From Vicugna vicugna (Eukaryota), in NCBI GenBank assembly GCA_013265495.1, contig MU058444.1, positions 1,612,001 through 1,676,000 on the forward strand: 64,000 nt of DNA. The letters are read 5' to 3'. The position numbers were made by a program, and so were the translations under genes. The notes under the pieces are model-generated. The model saw only the letters and a list, made by a program, of their open reading frames with translations, did not search any database and was not told the DNA's origin. Below, one piece after another: positions 22,910-35,734 of the stretch. Position 1 is the stretch's first letter, and each line of letters opens with the position of its first letter.

Positions 22910-25519
22910 TAGAATACAGATCGATTTCAGGCAGTTTTGAAATTGTGAAATGAGGAGAGAGGGAAATAGTCAGTTTGATTTGTTTATTTTTATTTGAAGG
23001 ATCTTTTGTGTATCAGAAATACAACCATTACAATTATGTTTGCCTTCAGAATTTTCTTCCCACTGAGGAATGTTCTGTACAGATTTCATTTCATAAGCAT
23101 TTATACAGATTTTTATATAAATACATATATTTGGGAAAAGATGTTTCTTTGCCAGTTTCCAATGCAGAAATTAGATAATAACAGGCATAAAAAGTTATGT
23201 GGTTGAATACTTCTCTTTAATTTCCATGCCAAAAGACCAGAATCTCTTAATATTCAACAAACTCTTATAATTTCATCAGCGGTTAGTCTTGTGGAATGCT
23301 CTGTTTGGCACCAGAAAACCACATCATTCCACTGACAATTAGATAATGTGGTCATGTCCTTAGAAAGCACCAATATAAATGAAACATCAGAAAAATGTAA
23401 CTGTGAATTATGACTTTCCTTAGCAGCATAAGTATTTTTTTCCGGTTATCTACTCCCCTACTTTTTACCCAAACTGACTAATTTTCTACCTCGTGTTCAA
23501 CGTTTTCAAGGCATTTAATTAGCCTGAAATGTTTAAACTTCTTCAAAGCCCTATTTTCCTACTTACTGGAAGACAATATGGGATCTGGGGGTTTTAACCA
23601 AGACATCACATAGTGCTTTTTGTTTTTCACAAATTTTTAAATGGAAAAAATATGTTTTGAGTACATTATTTCTTATCTAGATATGGCAAGTTTCAGTCAA
23701 AGAATAAAAACCAGTTTCACCAGAAGAAAGTGAGGATTTTTATTGATTTCAAAGGAGTTATTTAATGAATGAATTTCATGAGGATGAAATAGGAAAATTA
23801 GTTGCAGTTATCAGCCACAATGTGGTTTGAGTCCACGCAATGTTCATCAAGTCAGATGGATTTATTCAGGAGAAAAATGTTATCACCTCCTCCAGGAAGC
23901 AAAGGAACCAAGCAGCATTGCCCATTGGCACTGCCAGCAATGAGCACAGAAGCCACAGCCTGGATTGCATGCAGCCTGTCTAGTTAGTGTTAAAAAAGAG
24001 CTGTTCCCTTGTTGGCTGCGGTAACGGAGGTACTGCTAATGGTGATGATGGCATTAAAATAGCAAGGGCCAAAAAGAGGAATTCTGCTTTACACGTTTAC
24101 AGTTACTCGATGGTAGGATATTCCTATGAAGAAGCTTTTTTAATTCTGTTACACAGAGGACTAGAGGAGGAGTTAGGATCAAAATCTGAGATGAGATCTG
24201 CCAATTGTCTGTATGGGTCAAACTTGTCCTGATAACCTCGGGATTAGTCACAAATGACGCAATGGTAGCTAGCCTGGGACATCCAGTGGTAACCATAGTA
24301 ACGGCTCACCTCCACCAGGTATCCACCATAGGTTGGGCACTTGTTCTGTACTTTTAAATTAATTTTCGCATCTTAACACAGTCCTGCATTGGTATAATTG
24401 CCATTCTCTTGCCAAAGATGATTCATCTGTGTTCCAGGTCCCCTTTTGAGAATATTACTCTACTCACCAACATCCTAGGTTTGTAGGCACCACCATTACC
24501 CTCCCTTATATGATCTTCATACTAACAAATATGATTCAAAAATAATTTCAAATCAAGTCTTGGCAAGAGGTACATATTTTCAAACACTGCATGAAGCTGG
24601 CCCTTAAGTTCACAGACTCATTATGGAGGAGGTTGGTAGAAGAGGCCTGGGAGTTGACAAAGAACAATTACAAAATTGCAAAACAGGGTTAAAAACAAAA
24701 AGGCTATCATGACGGAATGCATAGGGCATTAGGGGAACACTTGGGAGAGCTCCCCAAATTGAACTGGGATAGTCACTGTGAAGGAATCCTGCAAAGGACG
24801 GGAAGACAGCACGCAAAGTCTTCAGCTGCGCTAGATAAATTGTAAGGCCGTGAAACAGTCCGCTAGATGAACACAGCTATGGAATGATGAGATGGCCTCC
24901 GGTCACCAACTAAACATTGCATTGCAACGTGGGCGATAGAGAGAGAGAAAGAGCACGTTTTAGTCACAATCAGATTGAAAACATGAGCTTCAGAGCCTGG
25001 CAGATGTGGGCTTGAATCTTGGATTCATCCTGTCTAGTCATATGAAGCTCAGTGTCTTCATTTTTCAAATGAAAATAATGTTACCTCCGCCCAAGGAATC
25101 TGTAAATACCAAAGGGGGCACGTCTTCAAAGACGTGGAATCAGTAATTCGATTACTGCTATTACTAACGTCTCTCTTCTGACTTCCTAATGTAACTGTCC
25201 TCCTTGACAGAACTCATGAATTCTGCGCTACCTACGCTCCAGTTCCGAGGGCTCTGGAACCTGCCTGGGGCCACTGACGCTACCTGGAGACAGAACAGCA
25301 TTTATCTTCGACTCTCTGAGTGTTCCTGAGACAGCAGTCCTCTCTTCCTTGAGCTAATGCTTCTAAAATTTTCACAAGTTTGCCTTAAAATGAACAATAG
25401 AATCATAGTATAATGCAGCATAAAACCAGTCAGAGCCACCTGTCTTTTTCCCCCCTTTTCCTACATGGGTACCATTTATTCCTATGAAGGCTCCAAAAGA
25501 TCTTCCCCACTTCCCATTT

Positions 25520-26000
25520 CTTGAGATGATCATGTGATTTTTGACTTTTCTTTTGTTGATCGATTTGTATGTATGTTGCACCATCCTTGTGTCCCTGGGA
25601 TGAATCCAACTTGATTGTGCTGTGTGATCTTTTTTGTATGTTGTTGGATTCAGTTTGGTAATATTTTGTTGAGAATTTCTGCCTTTATGTTCATCAAAGT
25701 TAATAGCCTGTAATTTTCTTTTTTGGTAGTGTCTTTGTCTGGTTTTGGTATCAGGGTGATGGTGGCTTCATAGAATGAGTCTAGGAGTATTCCCTCCTCT
25801 TAAATCTTTTGGAAGAGTTTGAGAAGGGTTGGTATGAGTTTGCATGTTTGGTAGGATTCCCCAGTGAAGCCATCTGGTCCTTTGCAGGGAGGTTGTTTTG
25901 GGTTTTTTTCTGTTTTGTTTTGTTTTTTACTGATTCTATTTCACTTCTAATGATTGGTCTGTTCCAATCATCTGTTTCTTCTTGATTCAGTTTTGGTGAA
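25520..26000 (-). mobile_element. L1 ORF2 fragment
   Basis: ggttttggtatcagggtgatggtggcttcatagaatgag. ORF 25781-26068 contains PKLNQEETDDWNRPIIRSEIESV. Confidence 0.88.
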
Positions 26001-27060
26001 TCCCATTTCTTGATAAGGTGTGAAGGAGTACTTGTCAGTAAAGTGAAAGCCGGACTAGCTGGCAACACTTATAAAAAGGAAAAGTAAATTTTCTTAAGTG
26101 GAGTTAAATATATTATTATCAAAGGGACCCCTGTACAGGTAGGTTAGAAATAAAGACTGTTTCTGAAATCTTAAAAGAAAATAAATTCTGAAAATATCTG
26201 TTGACTTGTAACATTCTTTCCTTTTATCCTCAACAAACACCTTTCTTAACCACAGACTTCCTGTTTCTTCTGCATTATTTATTTGCATACATAAAATGCT
26301 AATTTGCAATAACATTTTGTATCTAAAAATGATGTTAACTCCCACGATTTGTGAGAAAAGCAGTCCTTTAACAGTGCACTCCACTCCTTACCCTCCTCTA
26401 GTCTCCCTGTTTTTTTGTTTGTTTATTTTTTTTAAACTGAGATTCTATTTCCCTGGGCCCATAAATGTAGAAATAGAACACAGGGAAATATCAACTACAC
26501 TTCATCTCTTCACTTATGTGACAGAGGCTCTTCCTTTGAATACAGGTGAGGCCACCACTGTGATGAATGCCTTCCTCCGTGGCAGTGCCACTCCAGCTCC
26601 ATCACCCCTAGTCTGTGTCCTCACTGGTTCCTTTCTGACCTATACCTGTGGTAGATTTTCCCAGTCCCCCATGCCTCGCCCACGTTGCCTCGAGGATGTG
26701 CTCTTTCTACCCACCCCTCCTCACCAAACAAGCTGCCCTCTACCCTTTTGCCTGTCAGTTGTGAAAGGACCAAACAGCCCTTTTTCCAAAGCACTGAGCA
26801 ATCCTCAAAGGCTCAGCTGTCCAGTGAATTCTTTCTAGTACCGAAGTTTGAGTCTTGTGAAAAGGAAATACATTTCCAACAGTATTTCTGAAATGACTTC
26901 AAATACTCCTGACTTTCTTAGTGTTTTATCATTTTATTCCCTTGTCATTTATAACAAATTCTTAAATACATTTCTTTCCAGGATCTCTGGATCTGGAAAT
27001 ACTTACTTTCTTATATTGCAGAGAAAGAAGTTTCTTATATTGCAGGGGTGGGATAACCAC

Positions 27061-27415
27061 TGTTCAATAAATGAAGCAAGGAGGCCGTTAGACCAAGTAG
27101 CTTCAGTGCCTTAAAGGCACCCCCCTCCCAAGCAAACCAACACCTAAGCCTGAAACTCCTCAAGGTTAAGAAATTGACACCTAAGGGCAGCCAATCAGAA
27201 GCAGCCACAAGGCTTTCCCAGGGAGGTGGCTTCAGCGAAAGCCAATCAAATCATTTCCTTGCTTTGCTCCCGCCTCTTCTCGGTAAAAGTTTGTCCAGGT
27301 TCCATACATGGAGTCCTACTAGCCACTTACAGTTTGTTGCTGTTGTGTTAAGATTAACCCCTGCTCAAGAAAACGCTCAACATTTTTACTGTGTCTCAGT
27401 TTACCTTTTAATGCC
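27061..27415 (+). mobile_element. Solo ERV1 LTR (MER34/LTR39-like)
   Basis: Starts TG, has two CCAAT boxes (cagccaatcag 27188, gccaatcaaat 27241) and the terminal motif gtgtctcagtttaccttttaa. Confidence 0.6.
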
Positions 27416-27477
27416 ACAAATGACTGACTTGTGAGTTAAACATGGTTGCCTAAGCGCCTCCCCTTTCTAATAATTTT

Positions 27478-27601
27478 TTTTCTCTTTTTTGGGGGGGCTG
27501 GAGGGGTAATTAGGTTTATTTATTTTTAACGGAGGTACTGGGGATTGAGCCTGGTATCTGCTAAGCATGCGCTCTACCACTGAGCTATATACCCTCCCCC
27601 C
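27478..27601 (-). mobile_element. tRNA-derived SINE (Vic-1-like)
   Basis: ggtaattaggtttattt...ggaggtactggggattga...ctctaccactgagctata. TSD taataatt. Confidence 0.9.
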
Positions 27602-27659
27602 TTAATAATTCTTAAGGAAAGTTCAGAACTTTAATTTGTTAAGGCTACTTTTGTGCCCG

Positions 27660-30600
27660 CGTGCATGCTCTATCCTAGAGAACGTTCCGTGAGCACTTGA
27701 AAAGAATGTATATTCTGTTTTGGGGGGATGTAATGTCCTAAAAATACTATTTCAGTCCAGCTGTTTATTGTGTCATTTAGTATTTCTGTTGCCTTATTAA
27801 TTTTCTGTCTGGAAGACCTGTCCAGTGATGTTATTAGCGAGGTGTTAAAGTCTCCCTCTGTTAATGTGTTCCCATAAATTTCTTCCTTTGTGTCTGTTAG
27901 AATTTGGTTTCTGTATTTAGGTGCTCCTATATTGGGTGCACATATGTTAACGGGTGTAAATGCCTCATCTTGTATTGCTGCTTTGATCATTATGTAGTGT
28001 CCTTCTTTATCTCTCTTTATGGCCTTTGTTTTAAAGTCTATTTTGTCTGATACGAGTATTACTACTCTTGCTTTCCTGTCATTTACATTTGCATGAAATA
28101 GATCTTTTTCCATCCTCTATCGATCTGTGTGTTTCCTTCACCATAAAGTGGGTCTCTTGTAGGAAGCATATTGTAGGCTCTTGTTTTATTATCCAGTCTG
28201 CCATTCTGTGTCTTTTGATTGGAGGATTTAGTCTATTGAAATTTACAGTAATTATTGATAGATGCGTGTTTATTGCCATTTTGAACTTTGTTTTCCAGTT
28301 GATTTGATATTTCTCCTTTGATCCTTTCTTTTCCTTTTTGTTTTACTTTGTGGTTTGATAATTTTCTTTTGTATTAGCTTGGTTTCTTTTTGGTTTTGTG
28401 ACTCTTTTGTATGCTTTTGATTTGTGGTTGCCCTGTTTTTCAAGTATGTTAAACCATTACTATATCTGTTTGCTTTAGACTGGTAGTCATGTAGGCTCAA
28501 ACACATCCTGAAAAGAACGAAAAAAAAAAAAAGGAAGAAGAAAAAAACAGTATTTCCTTGGTCCCCTCTCCCACCTTTTATGGTTTTAATGTCCTTTTTT
28601 ACATCTTCACGTTTATTCTCTTGCATTTCATTGTAGTTTTAACATTTCCGAGTGCAGTTTTCTCCTTTCTATAGCTTCCTGCTTTTTCCCTATTTAGAGT
28701 AGACCTTTTAATATATCTTTTAGGATGGGTTTAGTGTTGCTGATTTATTTTAGTGTTTGCTTGTATGTGAAATGCTTTCTCTCTCCTTCTATTCTGAAGG
28801 ATAGTCTTGCCAGTTAGAGTATCCTAGATTGCAGCTTTTTCTCGTTTAGGACTTTGAGTATATCTTGCCACTCCATTCCAGCCAGCAATGTTTGTGTAGA
28901 CAAATCAGCTGAAAGCCTTATGGGGGTTTCCTAGTAACTAACTCTGTTTTTCTCTTGCTGCCTTTAGAATCCTTTCTTTGTATTCAACTTTGGCCATCTT
29001 AATTATAATATGTCTTGGTGTAGGTTTGTTTGGGTTCTTCTTGTTTGAGACCCTCTGTGCCTCCTGTACTGGGATATGTTTTCTTCTTTGGCTTTGGAAA
29101 GTTTTCAGTCATGATTTCTTCATATACCTTTTCTATCCCCTTTTCTTTTTCTTCTCCTTCTGGGATCCCTATTGTGCGTAGGTTGGCACGCTTTATATTA
29201 CTCCATAGGTCCCTTATACTGCTTTCGTTGATTTTTACTTGCTTTTTTGCTTTTCTGTCTCCTGTTCTGCTTGGGTGACTTCTTATGCTGCCTTCTAAGT
29301 CACTTATTTGTTCCTCTGCATTATCTAGGCTGCTTTTGACTGCCTTTAGTTTGGCTCTTGTATCAGCCATTGAGTTGCTGTTTTTAATTGGCTCCTCTTT
29401 ATAGTTTCTATTCCTTTTTAAAAAAAATAGTATTCTGAGTGTTTTTATTCATTGTCTCTCTCATCTCCTTCAGTGCTTTTATCACCCCCCTTTTGGAAGT
29501 CACGATCTAGTACACTGTCTAGGTATGTCTCATTTTTCGTTCTTTCAGGGGACTTCTCTTGTTCTTTTAATTGACAGTGGTTCCTCTGCTTCTTTATTTT
29601 ACTTATATTTCTCTGACTCTATGGATTTAGGAGTATCAATTATTTACTGTGGTCTTAAAGGCTGTTTTTTATTTTAAGTGGGAGCATTCCTTTGTAGACT
29701 GAGTGTCTAATAATTTTGTCATGAGGGCTGTTTTTATATGGATGGTTGACACATCTTTCTTCCATGTACATTGGCTGCCATCCCTTTGATTGGGGGTGTG
29801 ATTGGTGTTGTGGTGATCAGATCCTGCCCTGATTGTTGTTGAGCATGGCCTCCTTTTTTGTTCTGTGGTTGTCAGAGCCCTGACAGGGGCTGGTCTGCTC
29901 CCTGTTGTTGGAATAGAGGCTGGTGGCCCTGTTTCTGAGCTGCACTGTGTGGTAGGCCGGGTTGGAGTGCTTCAGCTGGGCAGAAGAGTTGCTAAGTTTA
30001 CCTCCACAGGAGACATCGCTGGGCAGTGCCCTCTGTGGTGCTCTCTGTCACTTGTTACGTAGGCTTACAAAGTACTCTTTGTTGACACTGCCCTTGTCCC
30101 TGCCTTAGTCATGGGAATGTCAGTGACCTGCTCTGGTGTCTCCCGGGTTCTGCACCTGCAGAGCGACCAGTGCAGGTCCGCTGATGTGCGGCATTAGGAC
30201 CCACCAGGGGAGCATGCGGTCACACACAGGGATGCACGGCGCACCACGGGGTCAGTGCAGACTCCAGCCCTGCCGTGCACGGGCAGGTACGCAGGCCTGT
30301 TGTGAATGCCGTGCCTGCCCCTGCCGTGGGCCAGAGCTCCGCCTGTGGCTTGTTCATCTTAGTGGTGCGGGTGCACAAAGGTGCCAGCAGAGCAAATCCA
30401 CTCCCTCTGCCTGGGGCTGTGAACAGATCTCAGTCCTGCCTGGGAGGTTGTAGGCCGCCTGGATGTGGATTCAGGTTTCAGCCTCACCTCCTCCTGGGAT
30501 CAGGCACCAGCTGCTGCGCTGGCTGTGGCCGAGCCCTGCCCCTCTTCCCGTGAGAGCACACCAACAACGGAGCCGAGCGGACCAAGCAGCAATGGCGCGG

Positions 30601-31195
30601 CTGCATTGTGCCCTTCCCCGCCACGCACCTCAGCAGGGGCACTTTTTTATGGGGCCCCAGGCTGTTCTGTTCCGCACGCCCCCCAGCCAGAGCTCATAGC
30701 GCCCTCCAGTCCCCTGAGGCTCCTCTGTGCAGTGAGCCCAGCCCTCTCCCTAGGTTCGTCACCTATCCCCAGCAGCCAGCCCCGGCTTGTCCCTGCCGGC
30801 TCGCGTCTAGGGCTGGGGAGCCCCGGGACCCTCTGCCGATTTCTCCTAGTTATGTCCGCCAAGTGGCCGCTGTTCTCTCCCCCAAGCCCTGGAAGCGCCA
30901 CTTCTGTCCCCGCTGACCTCCCGGCTGGAGAGGGGCATCCCAGCCCGCAGGCACTTTTCCTCCTTTGCCGCTCCCTCCCCACAGAACAGTTCCCACACCA
31001 ATTTTGTTTTTCTTTTTTTCTTTTTTTTCCCTCCTACTGCGTTTTGTGAGGAATCTTCTTGTATTTCGAAGTAGATGTTCTGCCAAAGCTCAGCAGGTGT
31101 TCTGTGCGAATGGATGGATCTGTAGATGTAACTGTCGGTGTACTCGTGGGAGGGGGTGAGCTGTGCATCCTTCTGTTCTGCCATCTTGGCACTCC
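27660..31195 (-). mobile_element. L1 5' half: CpG-rich 5' UTR, disrupted ORF1, ORF2 endonuclease domain
   Basis: 5' end GGGGAGTGCCAAGATGGCAG (~31195). ORF1 28999-29370 (AEEQISDLE...RANLRTIGIPEGEEKEKG). EN 28079-28279 (SIITVNFNRLNPPIKR...ICFLQETH) and 27670-28113 (DKIDFKTK...GDFNT). Confidence 0.93.
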
Positions 31196-31834
31196 CCCTC
31201 TGCGTAGCTTTTAAGATAAAGTTTTGTTAAAACAAAGTCTTCGCAGCTCAGTTAACTAAAAGCTCAGTTTACATCTGGTCTTTTCAAACCACAACAGACT
31301 CTTGAGTTTCCCTATTTCCCCTTATGCCCCATGGCCCTCAAAGATAAGCTCTTAATATTTTAGACACAGAGCTGCTGATTTGTTGTGTTGACAGTTTACA
31401 CAGTGTACTGTACTATGTACAAGGACGTGTGGTGTGGCTGTTCACTGTAATCTCTAGCTTTCTGCTTTCCCCAGCACAGCCAGATCTAAAACTGAGGAAC
31501 AGCAGGCGTGAGCTTGAACCTCTCCCTTGACAATACAGTCATCAATCTGAAGCTTCATTAGATAAACAAATCATACCAAGATAAAGAAGTTAGACAAGAC
31601 ATCAAAATATAAACAACTCCATTCACTGTGGCTTAGCTGTTGCATTTATAAAAACTTTGTGATTTTTTTGTCTTCTTTGGAATGAGTAAGTTTTAAGGAA
31701 ATAAATCTAACCCTACTTACAAAACTGAGAAAATGTTCGGGCTAAATATACATAGTGGTAGTTGATATGATTAATGGAATGAGACCAAGCTACTGTAGGT
31801 GGTTCATGGGTACAGCTGTGTATAGGTGTACTTT

Positions 31835-31849
31835 GCTGCCCTCTACTGG
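31835..31849 (-). promoter_or_regulatory. Candidate CTCF site
   Basis: Minus strand CCAGTAGAGGGCAGC matches the core consensus CCASYAGRKGGCRS. Confidence 0.6.
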
Positions 31850-32891
31850 GCACCAAAGGACGGTCCTCAGTTCCATCTTAATGGAAAATCTCTCCATGAT
31901 GGAAATTAGATAATTATCTGGTAGAGTTCAAAGAACCAGGAATAAAATACAGTTGATATAACTACAGCTAGTAAAATAAAATACAGACCAAATACCCCAA
32001 GACTGTAAACCCCAAGGGTTTCTTGATTTTTTTCCCCCTAAATTGTTCCCACTTGACATTTTAGACCAAGATGAGGAAAATCTGGCCAAGGGAGCCTTTA
32101 CTGAAGTTCTACCCTGAAGGCTGAGAGTTCCACTCTGAATGGCAGTGATCCAGATTAGCTTTATCAGGATTAGTTACACAAATGTAACATGTTTTGAATG
32201 AGTTTTTTAAATATTTCATCTCAAAATTTGTTAAGCCCACATTCCTGTGTGGCTCTGGTAAATTCCAGGTTATTCTGGAATTATGCCATGGATTAATTTT
32301 TTTGTTTTACCTCATTTAATTTTCATAATCCGAATCCTTATTTTTAGGTACATAGTATTTATATTCCCCCATATGATAAAGGAAGAAATTTAGGTTCAAT
32401 GAGGTAAATAGATTTTTCTGAAGACTCATCCTAGGAAAAGTGGGACTCGAACCTAGGCTGCCTCACTACAGAAGCCATGTCCTTGTAACTACACCAGAAG
32501 TCCTTGCATGGAATGTGCTGATACACCACTCTGGTGTGAAATATACTTGCAGGAGAAAATCATTCACCTGCTCATTCTTAAAAAAAAAAATCGGTGTATC
32601 ATGAGTTAATCTCAAATTCGTCCAAGGCAAAAAATACATTAAGACATAACATATCATGATAAATTACTGAAATATTTCATCTTGAGATGCCAACTTGAAA
32701 AGCAGATACTGAAAGTAAATACGGTTTGTATTCCCCTAGGTTTTGTCCTAAGAATTCTCCAGGATTTCCTGATCCCCCAGCCTTTGCTCATTTTCATTCC
32801 CTCAGCGTGACTTGGTGATCTGCTGACACCTCCTCGCCTTTAGGTTTATAATCGTTGCTTTAGGGGGGCTTTCCCGACCCTCCTCTGCATA

Positions 32892-33258
32892 ACTTGGGCG
32901 TGGACTGCCCCGCAAACACCGTAGACAGAGAGGCTTTAACAGCAGGAGTGTATTTGCTCTCGGTTCCTGAGGCAGGAAGTACTGAGATCAGGGTGGGCTG
33001 CCTTCCTGGCTCTCGGGCGGGCAGTTACCTTATCATTGCGTGCTCACATGGCCCTCCCTCCCACGGGTGCAAGTGAAGAGAGAGGGAGATTTTCCTCTTC
33101 CTCCTTTTATAAGGCCACCAGTCCTATCGGATTAGTACCCTATTCTCATGCCCTCATTTAACCTGAATCACCGCCTAAAAGCCCCATCTCCAAACATAGT
33201 CACATGGGAGCTAGGGCTTCAACATAAGAATTTGGGAGGGACACAGTTCAGTCCAGAA
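32892..33258 (-). mobile_element. MaLR solo LTR (MLT1A/B/C-like)
   Basis: cctcatttaacctgaatcac...ccccatctccaaacatagtcaca...gggcttcaacataagaatttgggagggacacagttcagtcc. Confidence 0.8.
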
Positions 33259-33654
33259 CATCATCCCATATGTTTCTTTAGCACTTTTTCCTTCCTTAGA
33301 ACAAATGTATTGGAATCACCTGTTCACCTACCTGTGCCTCATCAGACAGGAGTGCCCTTGGGCCAGACCAGGTAACTGTCACCACTGTTCCCTGGCTCAG
33401 TCCCTGGCACGTGATGGGCACATGCTCAGAGCTGGTGGGATGAATATAGAGCAGAATGAAGCTTCTGTTCTGCTCCCTCAGCAGGTCTCACAGGTTGTAA
33501 AAGTAATCAGCAGTAATTCAGCTGTTGGATGAACTTGAAAAATGGGGTTTCCAGTTGCATATCAAGCTTACAATTTAATGTAATTCCATATTTATTTTGG
33601 TTGCATGGTAACAAGAAAAGGTTGATGTACAGCTAAGTAGTTGCAATTGAAATT

Positions 33655-33880
33655 GTAGTAGCTAACATTTACTGAGCACTTCTAATGCCCGAGTCACTTT
33701 TCTAAGTGTATGTTTACATCCTTTATTTCTTACAACCCTATGAAGTATGTACTGTTGTATTGAATACATGAGGAAATTAAGGTACAGGGAGATTTAGGAA
33801 TTTGTCCAAAGTCATGTGGTAAATACCTGTGATCGAAATAACACCTCAACTGATTCTGGAGCCATTCTGCTTAACCATCA
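33655..33880 (-). mobile_element. MIR SINE
   Basis: gctaacatttactgagcactt...cttacaaccctatgaagta...atgaggaaattaaggtacagggagattta, MIR core. Confidence 0.65.
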
Positions 33881-34479
33881 TGCTCCATCACCTCCCAAAT
33901 GGTAACAGTTTTTCAGATGTGTAAGAATTTGCCTTGCAATCTCAGAGTACTCTTCAGTTACAGAGAAATGTTTCATCTGAGATACACGCAATGACAATCC
34001 GATGGCAAAAAGTAATGCACTGTGAGCTTCATGTGTGTTAAGAGTATATGATCAAATGTATTTCAATGTGATAAAAAAAAAATGCTGTCATTCCAGGGGG
34101 AGTAGGACCATCAGGCTGTGAAGCAGGTGCCTGGGCTTTGCTGGAGACAGAACATCAAAACAAGTCTTCAGTTGAGTCAGCTGCCGAACGTCGTGGCTGG
34201 AGCTCCTTCCACGGTCCTCACCAGTGTCGTGAAAGGACACATCATTTAAGCTAAGCTCGGATCACCAGCCATCCCTGGGCCAGGAAGCAGGTCCTGCACC
34301 TGCCCAGGTGAGTAGCACACCCAGTGAATTTCCAAGTTCTTACCAGTGATTTCAGAACAGGGTAAATAACTTATTATGTCCATGGAATAAATGGCCGTGT
34401 GATATGAATAATATACTCAACCATCAGTTAACACCAAGTTTAAAGAAGAAAAGACACAGAATTCAGGCCTGTACAAAAC

Positions 34480-34485
34480 TTTATT
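34480..34485 (-). promoter_or_regulatory. COL21A1: Likely COL21A1 polyadenylation signal (AATAAA), implying a 3' UTR of about 34460-35546
   Basis: AATAAA on the minus strand ~1.06 kb after the stop, followed by a GT/T-rich tract (tgtgtcttttcttcttt). Other AATAAA near 35300 and 34670 are possible alternatives. Confidence 0.55.
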
Positions 34486-35546
34486 GTACTTTGAATAACA
34501 AGCATGTCACGAAGTTTCAGGCAGGATAAGGATAAAAGATTCCAAATTATGTTCCTTACAGAAGCATTAAGTACAGTACATAAAGACTGTTTGTAATATT
34601 TTAAAGTCTGCTAGAAATATCAAGACACACTAGGATCTGTGTTGTTACCTTTCCTGTCAACTAGAGTGTTTATTCCCATTAGCTTTGCTACAATAAAAGT
34701 TAACATATATGAACATACACATGTAATAAGTGAAATGGAAAATGAAGGCATACAACAAACATTCCAATTACTAAGCAAGTATGAACAAAGGAATCTTTTC
34801 AGTTTTCTAAACTTAGGATTTTGTTTGAACATATTGACCAGGTACAATGAAACTTTTTTTCCAGAATGTTTTCAAGGTTACATACTTTGACCCGTCCCAA
34901 TGTAACCAATGTTTTCTTAGCATAATCACTCATGGAATGCTTTGAGAATTTGCCAGTGTAATCAGAAGCACGTTAATCTCTCTCAGTGGAGATATTCAGA
35001 ACACTGAACCACCAGCAGTGCCTCGCTGCTGCCTGGGAAGCACCGACACTGGGGTAAGAACTGAAATGGTCTGTTCCGAGCTGAGTATCAGCCCTGATCC
35101 CCCCTCCCGTGGCCAGAGGCACGCCGGGGCTGCTGTAGAAGCATGAGCTACGAGATATGAAACATGAAATTCACACAGACAAGAAATTGAACTCAGACCC
35201 TCCGCTGCACGGAGGCTGAATGTGAAAGTCTTCACAGTGACTGAAATTGACTGGCTGACAGGCAATGGTGTGTTTTGTTTTGTTTTTATATTCGACTTTT
35301 ATTAAAATGAATGGACTTACAAGAGACCCTTGAGATTTAGTTAATGCTGCTAATCCAAAGGCTCTGAATAACGGGGGAGCCTTTAAAATCAGTACACGTG
35401 ACCTTTCTTCCTTAAGGAAAAAGCAATAGTGAAAACACCGAGGTACTTTAGTTTCTTTTCAAGGGATTACTGTTGTTATCTTCCTGAGATGCAAAGACCA
35501 CAAAAGAAGAGCACCACGCCTGGGCTGCTGAGCGAGGCATCTGACA

Positions 35547-35734
35547 CTAATAGTTTGGTCCTTTTCTAAAGGGATCTCTTCCCACGATGACGCTGAAACA
35601 CAGCGAGGGGTCGCAGATGCCCGGGGGCCCCGGCTGCCCTTGGGTTCCAGGTTTCCCGTGATCTCCGTCTTTCCCGGGGAGACCCGGGTCTCCCCGAGGA
35701 CCTTCTTTGCTTATTCCCGGAGGGCCCTCTGGAC
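35547..35734 (-). CDS. COL21A1: COL21A1 last coding exon
   Basis: tcctag|GTCCAGAG...; [65 protein letters not shown] at 35549-35547. Confidence 0.97.

Noticed and set aside
26296..26838. 180-aa plus-strand ORF
   Set aside because: No recognisable domain, reads through T-runs, and has no splice or Kozak support.
29865..31184. Dense cluster of ORFs up to 194 aa on both strands
   Set aside because: All lie within the GC-rich L1 5' UTR.
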